Shown here in pieces: positions 49,638-59,824 of a stretch of 59,824 nucleotides of DNA. The translations under genes were made by a program, and so were the position numbers. Position 1 is the stretch's first letter. Each line of letters starts with the position of its first letter. The stretch comes from Octopus bimaculoides (taxonomy: Eukaryota): the NCBI RefSeq assembly GCF_001194135.2, contig NC_068998.1:10276203-10336026 (forward strand). Direction: 5' to 3'. The notes beneath the pieces are model-generated. The model did not search any database. It had not been told where the DNA came from and saw nothing but the letters and a program-made list of their open reading frames with translations.

Positions 49638-49929
49638 GTAAGTTATCATTACTCTGATTTCAAAAAAAAAATTTCTTTTGATTTTATCACAGCTGGAAAC
49701 TGTGCTGAAGCCCATTGTTCACAACTGGGGTTGATTTGCACTCCAGCATGACCACAGTTCAATGTTTGAAGCAAGTAGTTTTATGTATGTGTGTGGTCAG
49801 AGTTGTTTCTCAGTATTGTATTTCTGTTGAATCATAATTCTCATAGATGTTTCTTTGTCTCCCTAAGTGCCATAAAAGTTTTAATTGATAATATTTGTTT
49901 ATTCATTTGTCTTATATTTTTTTTAACAG

Positions 49930-50057
49930 GTAGCATCAGCTGAAGATGAAACTGTTCCTGGTTGGGTCAGTGGAGAACTTGATGGGCGAAGTGGCTGGAT
50001 TCCCAAAGACTATATGGAATACATTGGTGATATTGAAGACACCGCTAATTTTGCAAA
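49930..50057 (+). CDS. ITSN1: Intersectin SH3A C-half VASAEDETVPGWVSGELDGRSGWIPKDYMEYIGDIEDTANFA(N)
   Basis: Acceptor ttttaacag, donor gtgatt, 128 nt, phase 0 to 2. PGW..G...GW.P..Y motif. Confidence 0.93.
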
Positions 50058-50296
50058 GTGATTATCGTTCCTGTTTTGTAAATAATTTCTTCAAAAATAT
50101 TTAATGATTTCAAATTTTTGCCACAAAGGCAGCTCGGCGGAGGGGATTAAGTCACTTACATCAACCCCAAAAGGATGAAAGGCAAAGTCGACCTTGGCAG
50201 AACATGAACTCAGAATGTAGCAGCAGATGAAGTACCCCTAAGCATTTTGTCTGCCATGCCAGCAGTTCTGCCAGCTTGTTGCCTTGTATAATAATA

Positions 50297-50419
<123 letters not shown>

Positions 50420-51339
50420 NNNNNNNNNNNNNNNNNNNNNNNNNNNNNNNNNNNNNNNNNNNNNNNNNNNNNNNNNNNNNNNNNNNNNNNNNNNNNNNNN
50501 NNNNNNNNNNNNNNNNNNNNNNNNNNNNNNNNNNNNNNNNNNNNNNNNNNNNNNNNNNNNNNNNNNNNNNNNNNNNNNNNNNNNNNNNNNNNNNNNNNNN
50601 NNNNNNNNNNNNNNNNNNNNNNNNNNNNNNNNNNNNNNNNNNNNNNNNNNNNNNNNNNNNNNNNNNNNNNNNNNNNNNNNNNNNNNNNNNNNNNNNNNNN
50701 NNNNNNNNNNNNNNNNNNNNNNNNNNNNNNNNNNNNNNNNNNNNNNNNNNNNNNNNNNNNNNNNNNNNNNNNNNNNNNNNNNNNNNNNNNNNNNNNNNNN
50801 NNNNNNNNNNNNNNNNNNNNNNNNNNNNNNNNNNNNNNNNNNNNNNNNNNNNNNNNNNNNNNNNNNNNNNNNNNNNNNNNNNNNNNNNNNNNNNNNNNNN
50901 NNNNNNNNNNNNNNNNNNNNNNNNNNNNNNNNNNNNNNNNNNNNNNNNNNNNNNNNNNNNNNNNNNNNNNNNNNNNNNNNNNNNNNNNNNNNNNNNNNNN
51001 NNNNNNNNNNNNNNNNNNNNNNNNNNNNNNNNNNNNNNNNNNNNNNNNNNNNNNNNNNNNNNNNNNNNNNNNNNNNNNNNNNNNNNNNNNNNNNNNNNNN
51101 NNNNNNNNNNNNNNNNNNNNNNNNNNNNNNNNNNNNNNNNNNNNNNNNNNNNNNNNNNNNNNNNNNNNNNNNNNNNNNNNNNNNNNNNNNNNNNNNNNNN
51201 NNNNNNNNNNNNNNNNNNNNNNNNNNNNNNNNNNNNNNNNNNNNNNNNNNNNNNNNNNNNNNNNNNNNNNNNNNNNNNNNNNNNNNNNNNNNNNNNNNNN
51301 NNNNNNNNNNNNNNNNNNNNNNNNNNNNNNNNNNNNNNN

Positions 51340-51376
<37 letters not shown>

Positions 51377-51434
51377 GGGCGTTAAAAGATCATATGATGA
51401 TAATATCTGTATATTTTGTTTCTAATCTTTCCAG

Positions 51435-51531
51435 TGGACAGCAACCAGCCACCACCATTTCGGCATCAGAGGATTCTTCATTCACTGCAGTACAATCACG
51501 AGCAGTTAACAGCTCACCTACTCCTGGCCAG
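51435..51531 (+). CDS. ITSN1: Intersectin SH3A-SH3B linker exon GQQPATTISASEDSSFTAVQSRAVNSSPTPGQ
   Basis: Acceptor tttccag, donor gtatgt, 97 nt, phase 2 to 0. SPxPGQG precedes SH3B in intersectins. Confidence 0.92.
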
Positions 51532-53131
51532 GTATGTAAGCTATTTCAAACGCTGCTGTTATTATATTTGATCCTCCTCCTCCTCCTCCTCCTCCTCAGG
51601 GCCGATTGCAGAAACTGTAGAAAACCAGACAAAAAAGTGCTTTATAGAAGTACACAGTTACAGCATTTTACACAGTGTGTTGAAATTCTTCAGTATTTCA
51701 AGGTCTTTGAAGTACCCAGTGACATACTGGGTGGATCAACCAACTATATTTTTATGTTGTAATTTTATGTTTGGTCTTTTGGCAATTGTTAGAAATTTTT
51801 GTCATCATCATCATTATTATCATTGTCATGGAGAGGTACAAGCATGGCTGTATAGTTTAGAAGCTTGCTTTGTGGTTTGAAGTTCTGTCCCATTGCATGG
51901 CAACCTTGGAAAAAGTGTCAAATGCTATGATCTTGGGCTTACCAATGCCTTGTGAAGAGAATTGGTAGACAGAAACTATATGGAAGCTCATTCCATCTTA
52001 GCGGGTGTGTATGTGTGAGTGTGTGTTTATTTAAACATTTAATTCATAATCATTAATTCAATAAAACAGATTTTGTTGAACTACTAACAATTCGGGATTA
52101 AATATGCATTCACTCTCAGGCTTATCCTTGAGTTCTTTATTCTAAGCGACAGACACAGCTTTGAACTTTGGAAAATGTATACATACATATATATTTATAA
52201 TATATATGTGTATGTGTATTAAAAAATTTTATTCAACTTGGAAGGCAACATGTACCTGAAGGAAAAATGCACTGGATAGTTACTATGACATTTGTAATGT
52301 TATACACTTGATGTGATTTTTGAAACACTGGTAGTACTCAACAATCTCTTCCATCTCAGTTTTACTGTGATTTGATTATTGCTTTGTATGCAGCCTTGGT
52401 TGCTTTTGAAACGGAGTTGTATAGTTTGTGTCATCTTATCGGAAATTTCTGTGTAACCTCGATATGGTACAAACTATATTTGATGCAGTGATTAACAAAT
52501 TTATTGATCAATTATCAAGTCATCTGTGTTCTTTATACAAGTCATGTTTATACTAAACACTAACAAACTTGTCTTACCGCAGTCACTTGACTGATCTTTT
52601 TACATCATTAGTGTTATTATAAATTTATGTGTGTGTGTGTGTGTGTGTGTTATGTGTGTCTGCACACAAATATTAACATTGCATGGATTTTCTTGCCCTC
52701 ACTGAGTGAGACGTTGATGTGATGTTTACTTACCCTGTTGACAATATGTCAAATCACATTGTGCTTCTTTTGAAGACCAGTGAAAGGAAAAGCATACCTC
52801 TTATTCAAAAAAACAGGCAAGGGTTGGTGACATTAAGGGTATCTAGGATTAAGAAATCTGTTTCAAAAAATTCTGTCTGACCTGTACAAGCATGGAAAGG
52901 TAGACATTAAAATGATGATGATGATGATGATGATGATATACATATAAACTGTGTAACTTGATCTTGTAATTCCAATGTCATTATCTTTGATTCAGAGGAA
53001 TTTTAACATGTCTCTGTGTTTAAGTTGCCAAAATACATTTGTTAAAGAGCAAAACATGATACACAGACATATTTGTCTGCGAAATCATTTATCTCTTCAC
53101 TTTGAGTTTCATTGACTTTGGTCTTCAACAG

Positions 53132-53278
53132 GGTTTGGCAGCTCCAGAAGGACTACAAGCTGTTGCCTTGTACCCATGGAAGGCTAAGAAAGAGAACCAC
53201 CTCACTTTCAACAAAGGTGACACCATAATTGTGAAAGAACAACAAGATATGTGGTGGTCTGGAGAACTCAATGATAAG
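53132..53278 (+). CDS. ITSN1: Intersectin SH3B exon [49 protein letters not shown]
   Basis: Acceptor caacag, donor gtttgg, 147 nt, phase 0 to 0. ALYPWxAKKxNHLxFNK and EQQDMWW are SH3B-specific. Confidence 0.97.
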
Positions 53279-54555
53279 GTTTGGTTTTGAGTTTGTCGTT
53301 TCTGTTCTCATTTCTTTGGGTTTATTTATTATTTTCTTTAGCTAGGGCTGGGTAAATTTCTCGGACTTGCTTTTATTAAAAGAAACTTTAAAAGAGACTA
53401 CCTTAGCATGCAGCAGATAGACTCAGATATTGCCATGTAATTAGGAAGGTTGCTTTGCAGTCACGTCCTTGCAGGTTTGATGCCTTTCCTGTTGCTAACC
53501 CTCACATGTTTCCATGTCAGGTACTTCTTCTCTTGGCCCTCTGAATACCAAACAGCTCAATGGCTGCACATTTTTGCAGCATATGTAAACAATGTCAAAA
53601 CCCAAATGGGAAAGTACAATGTCTCTGCCCCTCCACCACACATTTATAGCTATAATCTATGCATATATAATATGATGAGCTTCTGTGCAGTTTCTGCTGA
53701 TGAGACTCACTGACAAAGCATTGGTCAACCTCAGGCTGTAATAAATGGCCCTTGTCCATATTTCCATGCTACACTAATAAAGTGAGCTTCATAGCCATAC
53801 AACAGTGCTTGCATCATCATCATCATCATCATTGTTGTCATCATCATCATTTAATGTCTGTTTTCCATGCTGGTGTGGTTTGGACAGTTTGATGAGATGG
53901 CAAGCTGGAGAGCCTCCCAGGCTCTAATTGTCTGTTTTTACATGGTTTTGACAGTTGGATGCCCTTCCTAATGCCAGCCACTTTACAGAGGGTACTGGGT
54001 GCTTTTTCACGTGGCACCAGCATGGTTGCTTTTTACATGGTGCCAGCACAAGGTGTCTTCCATGTGGTGTCAACATGGGTGCTTTTCATGTGGTTCCAGC
54101 GTGGGTGCTTTTTATGTGGCACCAGCTTCTGTGGGGTTGCCAAGTAGCTTGAAAGACAAGGACCACTCAGCTGAGAGAGGGCATATAACTGAGTGAAGTG
54201 GCTGTGTGCCAGTTGAATGGTTGGCGTATGTTAGAGGGACAGGGATAACTGTCTTACTATCCCATCTTGCATCTTGATGGAAATTTTTATACTCACATAC
54301 ATAATAATATTTATCTTGCTGTAGGATTCTTTCAGTTTTAAATGATACTGTAATAGATGCAGAAGTAAGTTCCTCTGAACAGAGTGAGCATTTTTAGTTT
54401 CCTTTTTAATTTTTTTAATGTTCTATTTTTTTTTTTTACTTATATTTCTCATTTAAAATAAGAAATGTCATTCCTTTACATTCTCCCTCTCTCTTTCAAA
54501 TATCTCTGGTGTTTGGTCTCTGTAATGAATATGAAATGTTTTTTTTTTGTTACAG

Positions 54556-54614
54556 GAGGGATGGTTTCCTAAGTCATATGTGAAATTAATTGGCACCAGT
54601 GCTCCAAAGCCCAG
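54556..54614 (+). CDS. ITSN1: Intersectin SH3B C-terminal exon EGWFPKSYVKLIGTSAPKP(S/R)
   Basis: Acceptor ttacag, donor gtattt, 59 nt, phase 0 to 2. GWFPKSYVKLI motif. Confidence 0.96.
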
Positions 54615-55076
54615 GTATTTATTTCTCTATTTTCCTTTGTTTTATTGCAAGTTTTTCTTCAAAATTTTTTGTTTAATATTTTTGCATTTAGCAACTGATA
54701 GCATTTTGTTTTATTAAAAGATCTAAATCAGTGGCTTGCATTCGCTTCTCTCTAATGATTCTCCGTTTGATGACTGCAGCAATTTTTACTTAACGATCTC
54801 TTTTCTGTTTCACTTTGATGATTCTGAATTGCTTACTTCTGGTAACTGTTGGCAACCATTAACATTATTCTTTTCTGAAAATCAATAGAAAATAAAATGA
54901 TGACCAGATATTAGACTAAGGATTTTTATGTAACCATTGATCCTTTGCAGAAGAAGGCTACTGGTCCTTTTACAAGAGAGAGAGAGAGAGAGAGAGACAA
55001 TGGTCATTTTCATGAGATACAAAGAAAGAAAATAGGTTTGATTAATTTAGAGTTGTTTAGAAAATTTTGAATCCCA

Positions 55077-55470
55077 GGTATGGCTGTGTGGTAAGAGGCT
55101 TGCTTCCCAACCACTAAGTTCTGGGTTCAGTCCCACTTATGGCACCTTAGGCAAGTGTCTTCTACTATAGCCTTGGGCTGATCAAATCCTTGTGAGTGGA
55201 TTTGAAGATGGAAACTGAAAGAAGCCCATTGTATATGTGTGTGTGTGTGTGTGTCTCTTTGTGTCTCCTATGACTGTTTGACAACCAGTGTTGGTGTGTT
55301 TATGTCCCTGTAACTTAGTGGTTCAGCAGAAGATGTCAATAGAATAAGAGCCAGGCTTTAAAGAAAACATAATATAAATAGTAGGATCAATTCATTCAAC
55401 TAGACAAATTCTTCAAGGCAGTGCATCAGCATGGCCAAAGTCTAATGACCGAAACAAGTAAGAGTTAAAA
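55077..55470 (+). mobile_element. Full-length copy of the abundant SINE family
   Basis: Colinear with 42553-42900, including the internal GT tract and the gaaacaagtaa tail. Confidence 0.8.
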
Positions 55471-55936
55471 GCACCCAGCACAGATGGTGTTAGGGAGGGC
55501 ATCCAGCTATAGAAACCTTGCCAAATCAGACTGGAGCCTGGTGCAGCTCCCCAGCTTGCCAGCCCTGGTGAAACCGTCCAACCCATTTAACGGATGTTAA
55601 GTGATGATGATCATGATGATTCTTAAAGCAGCCAGCCCTTTTTTTCTGTCTAACACAAAAATGATGGGCTCATTGTTGGCCCTGTTGACTTTTATGAGAG
55701 TATTACTAAACCTTAAAATCAATGTTCACTTAACTGTAAAATGAAGTCATGACCCAGAGATGAGAGCCACTGGTTGAAAATAAAACAATCTGAATTTTTG
55801 TTTCCGTTTGATACTCTGCATGTTGTGATGCTTTATAATTCATGGTTTATTTCATAGTGCAGCATCCTGCATTACATTTGTCTTAATTGCTCCTTATGTG
55901 TTCCTCTTTATATGCTCTGATAACGTTTGATTGTGG

Positions 55937-56185
55937 AGATGCGTGGCTTAGTGGTTAGGGGTGTTGGACTCATGATTGTAAGATTGTGGTTTCGATTCCT
56001 GGACCGGGTGACACATTATGTTCATGAGCAAAACATTTCACTTCATGTTTCTTTAGTCCACTAAACTGGCAAAAATGATTCATCCGGTGACAGACCAGCA
56101 TCGTGTCCAGGTAGGGAATATATGTGGCTGGAAAACTGGCCCTAACCGGTCTTATGAGTCTATATGACTCGGGAAGGACCTTTAT
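55937..56185 (+). mobile_element. tRNA-derived SINE
   Basis: A box tggcttagtgg, B box ggtttcgattcc, then the conserved tgagcaaaacatttcacttca block. Confidence 0.7.
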
Positions 56186-56693
56186 CCCTCTATCTAATGT
56201 TTGATTTGATTGTGACTTTATGAGGAAACAGAACATTGTGTCCCTTGGGAAAATTCATAAAACAAAGACCTTAAATATTTTGATCATTTAAATTTAAGAT
56301 TTTCTTTGTATTAACTTGTCCTTTTTAAACCTTTTAGCATTGAAACCAGCCATTTTTGCTTATCCACAAATATGAAAATAAATGAATCAATAAATAAACA
56401 AATGTAGAACCTGAAAGTTATAACTTTCTTCTTGAAAGAAACGTGTTTCCCCACGGAAAATTACAGCTACACAAGTGCAAAACTCTAGTCTACAACTTGG
56501 AGGGTACACATGCATATAAATGCATTTACTTCATTTATCAAAAGAGGAATGAGCTCAAATCCTGCCAAAGTCAATTTTACCTTTCATTCTTTCAGAGATT
56601 GATAAACTAAACTACCATTCAAGTACTGGAGCAATATAATCGGCAATGCCCCTCCCCTTCAAATTGCTAGCCTTGAGCCAAAATATGAAGCCA

Positions 56694-56918
56694 TTAACTC
56701 TTTAACATTCACATTACTCTATCAAATGTAATGCTTCTTTATTCACCTCATTTTTAATTAATTGTGCAGTATGTCACGGCTTCAACATTTCGATGATATG
56801 ATTGTTTATTTTTAGAAGGACATTGTAGGGTAGGTGCAAGAGGCTGGCTCTGGTTTGAACAGAAAAACAGGTTGAACAATTGGGCTGGATATGGCAAGTT
56901 TAAATGCCTAAAGGGCTA
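56694..56918 (+). mobile_element. piggyBac-type MITE (family of 22997)
   Basis: ttaactctttaacattcacattactc ... aatgcctaaagggctaa, colinear with 22997. Confidence 0.7.
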
Positions 56919-57848
56919 AAAGACAAGATAATTATGTTAGACGATGAAAATATTTAGATAAGTTTGTTTCAAGTCAAAGAAACCACAATTCCTTCCTGAA
57001 TATCTAACACACAGTTTCACATGCCTTATTTCATCAATATATATTAGTGTATCAGCCTTACATTACTTTTATCTCAGTTTTGTTGTAGTTAGTGTTTTTT
57101 GCTATCTCAAATTATATTTCCATTTTCTTTCTCATTGATTTCCTTCTCCTCCTCCTTGACTTCTTCAACTTTTTCTTCTTCTCTGTTGTTCCTTTTTATT
57201 TCACTAACATCAAGATAATTTTGAGCACTTTAAAACTTCTTTTTCTTACAGTTTTCTTTTTGACAAGGCAGCCTTAAAAAGGTATTGTGGCTATTGGTGT
57301 GTTTACTGAGCTAGCTATTTGTAATATCTGATGTATGTTTTAAAATGGATGCCACACTGCCTGTGTCTCTTATATCTTGTTTTCAGTTTCTTAAAGCATG
57401 ACAACTTTACCCTCATAAACCAGACCTCTTTCAGTTCCAGTTCCACTGCAGCTGTAAAGCTCACTCTGGATTGCCTTGCCAGACATTTTACATGTTGTTG
57501 TTGTTGTTGGATGTCTTTGGAAACACAAAGAAACCACTTTATCTATCACAGCATTGAATGTTTTGTATATATTTGTAACTATGGCTCCTCTAAATGCTGA
57601 ACTATATAAATTTATATATATATATGCATATATGTTATGTATAAAAAATTTAGAATCTTTGAGAGTCATGAAATCAAGCATTTTTAAAGGTAATACTCAA
57701 GTATATGAAACTGCAAGTATATAATAGCATGCAAATATTGGGTTGAAAAACCCTTGCATGGAAAAAGTCAAAGGAAAAGTGAAACTTGTTTAATCCAATA
57801 TTTACACAGTATATTTATAGCTTTAAAAGCCTATACATGTGTGTGTGT

Positions 57849-57899
<51 letters not shown>

Positions 57900-58554
57900 T
57901 ATACGCACGCACACACACACACATACATACATACATGTATAGACTTATATTTACTGCGGTGCCATTTTGTGATTTGATAAATACCAATCTCTTTAAGTAA
58001 AGTTTTTCAACTACAGCTTAAATATTTTAATCCATCCTAGCTACTTCTATTACTATTACTACTACTATGTTACTATCCCTGAGTCTTGTACTGCTACTCA
58101 TGTGTGCATGTACACACACACACACACACACATGGTGGGAGTTAATTGGGCTAAAAGTTTGCTTTTGAAGTACATGAAAAGTAGACTGCATATATTAATT
58201 TAATTTCCTCCAATTTCTTTAAAGCAAAGAAAAAAATCTAATATTGAGTAAAATATCTGATTTCATTGTAATCATACGAACCTATCATCATAACTATTAG
58301 CATTATCATTATTGTTATTGTCATAATCACCGTTATTATCTTCATTGTTGTCAACATGATTATTATTGCATTGTCATCGTCACATTCATCATTATTATTC
58401 TCATTATTGTCAACATTATCATTGTTGTTATAATCATCGTTGTTGTCGTTATTGTGGACATTATCATAATTGTCGTCATTATCTTGGACATCATCATTGT
58501 TATTATCAATATTGTGACCATTATCATTGACATCACGTTCCTTCTTCTTTTTTT

Positions 58555-58955
58555 TTTTCCATACTAGCATGGTTTGTTCGCTGTGCATGAGTCTTAATCC
58601 TGTGTCATCTAATCTGTGAGGCCCTGCATTCTCCATTCTGGCCTAATATCTTCCTAAACCTTCCTGGTTTATAACCTAGTTATTTTCTGCTATTAATTTG
58701 TAGCACTTTTGCATCTGGCATGTTAGCAACATCCATCTCACATCACATCTTCATATCGGTGTAGTTGTCTACCATTCAGACTTCAGTCAATCACAGTATT
58801 CTGTGAATATTTCTTTTTCAAGTCCTGTTTTTTTTCTCCTGAGGTCAACATTGCACATTCATTCCCTGGATCATACTGAACTCATCACAGTTTTGTCGAT
58901 CATTCACCTTGACTCTCCATATTTCACTATCATACAGCATTAAGAGAACCTTTCG
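58555..58955 (-). mobile_element. Decayed RTE LINE 3' fragment with expanded triplet tail (58250-58530)
   Basis: Minus strand reads MLYDSEIW (compare MLYGSETW) and RQLHRYEDVM (compare RRLRWYGHVM), and ends aaccatgctagtatggaaaa. Confidence 0.65.
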
Positions 58956-59296
58956 GTAGTTGTGTGACCTGAGCCAAGGTCACACAACTGAGGAAGACTA
59001 CATAGTTGCTTCATCTGCTAGAAATAGCAATGAGATTTCTCTCAAATTACATTCTACCATCTCAAGAAAAGAAAGAACACATTGAAAAGAATTTTAGTTG
59101 AATGATTCGACCACATTACTTATTTTTGATTTTTCTTTTAAGAGTGCTACTTATTCTATTGGTCTCTTTTTGCCAAACCACTAAGTTACAGGAGATGTAG
59201 ACAAGCCAACATCATTTGTCAAGCTGTGGTGTACGACAAACAGACACATTCTCACACATGTGTGTATGTATGTGTATGCATATATATATACACAGT

Positions 59297-59685
59297 GGAG
59301 GCGCAATGGCCCAGTGGTTAGGGCAGCAGACGCGCAGTCATAGGATCGGGGTTTCGATTCCCAGACTGGGCGTTGTGAGTGTTTATTAAGCGAAAACACC
59401 TAAAGTTCCATGAGGCACTGGCAGGGGATGGTGGCGAACCCTGCTGTACTCTTCCACCACAACTTTCTCTCACTCTTACTTCCTGTTTCTGTTGTGCCTG
59501 TAATTCAAAGGGGTCAGCCTTGTCACACTGTGTCATGCTGAATATCCCTGAGAACTACGTTAAGGGTACACATGTCTGTGGAGTGCTCAGCCACTTGCAC
59601 GTTAATTTCACGAGCAGGCTGTTCCGTTGAACGGATCAACTGGAACCCTCAATGCCGTAAGCGACGGAGTGCCAACAACAACAGC
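59297..59685 (+). mobile_element. Full-length tRNA-derived SINE (~390 bp, of the kind described as octopus OK/OR families; exact family not assigned)
   Basis: A box tggcccagtgg, B box ggtttcgattcc, unique body and (CAA)n tail. Confidence 0.8.
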
Positions 59686-59824
59686 ATACACACACACACA
59701 CACACATATATATGTATATATATATATATATATTATTTTGTTTAAAAGAGTTCCAACACTGTCTGTTTTTTATGTTTTATTTATATTCCTGCAAAACCAA
59801 TGTATATATGTATGCATATATATA

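Noticed and set aside
54765-54830. C/D box snoRNA-like TGATGA...CTGA spacing in the intron after SH3B
   Set aside because: No terminal stem and no recognisable rRNA guide. Such motifs are frequent by chance in AT-rich DNA.
57435-57500. Possible next intersectin exon (tttcag/ttccagttccactgcagct...)
   Set aside because: No convincing donor and no similarity to the SH3B-SH3C linker or SH3C. The next exon probably lies beyond the window.
58238-58636. 132-aa N/D-rich minus-strand ORF
   Set aside because: It is the degenerate triplet tail of the RTE relic.
59297-59375. tRNA gene (also 55937 and 41440 on the minus strand)
   Set aside because: A and B boxes are present, but each continues into a SINE body and lacks a complete cloverleaf acceptor stem.

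Overview
Repeat-rich, AT-rich animal genomic DNA with 15 N-gaps. The SINE/MITE content and microsatellite density suggest an octopod cephalopod (inference). The window lies entirely inside one + strand gene, an intersectin (ITSN1/Dap160 orthologue). I reconstructed 19 coding exons by hand, with GT-AG ends wherever a gap does not hide them. They encode the second half of EH1, a Met/Pro-rich linker, EH2, the KELRQ-rich coiled coil, a low-complexity polyQ/polyT exon, SH3A and SH3B. The gene starts upstream and continues downstream of the window. Splice phases join everywhere except where N-gaps hide sequence, and at least two coding exons appear to be lost in gaps. The introns carry a Helitron 3' end, a Helentron-type non-autonomous element, mariner, Tc2/pogo and piggyBac-type MITEs, a decayed DD37D (maT) transposase, RTE LINE relics, a Penelope-like relic, an LTR-like segment and several tRNA-derived SINE families. 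I found no convincing wholly new system. The best leads are a 26-nt microexon, two symmetric cassette-like exons carrying candidate clathrin/AP-2 motifs, a foldback able to form pre-mRNA dsRNA, decayed hammerhead-like cores, a bipartite RTE-derived element and two possible antisense exon-like islands next to gaps. Almost all ORFs in the supplied track are microsatellite or N-gap artefacts.
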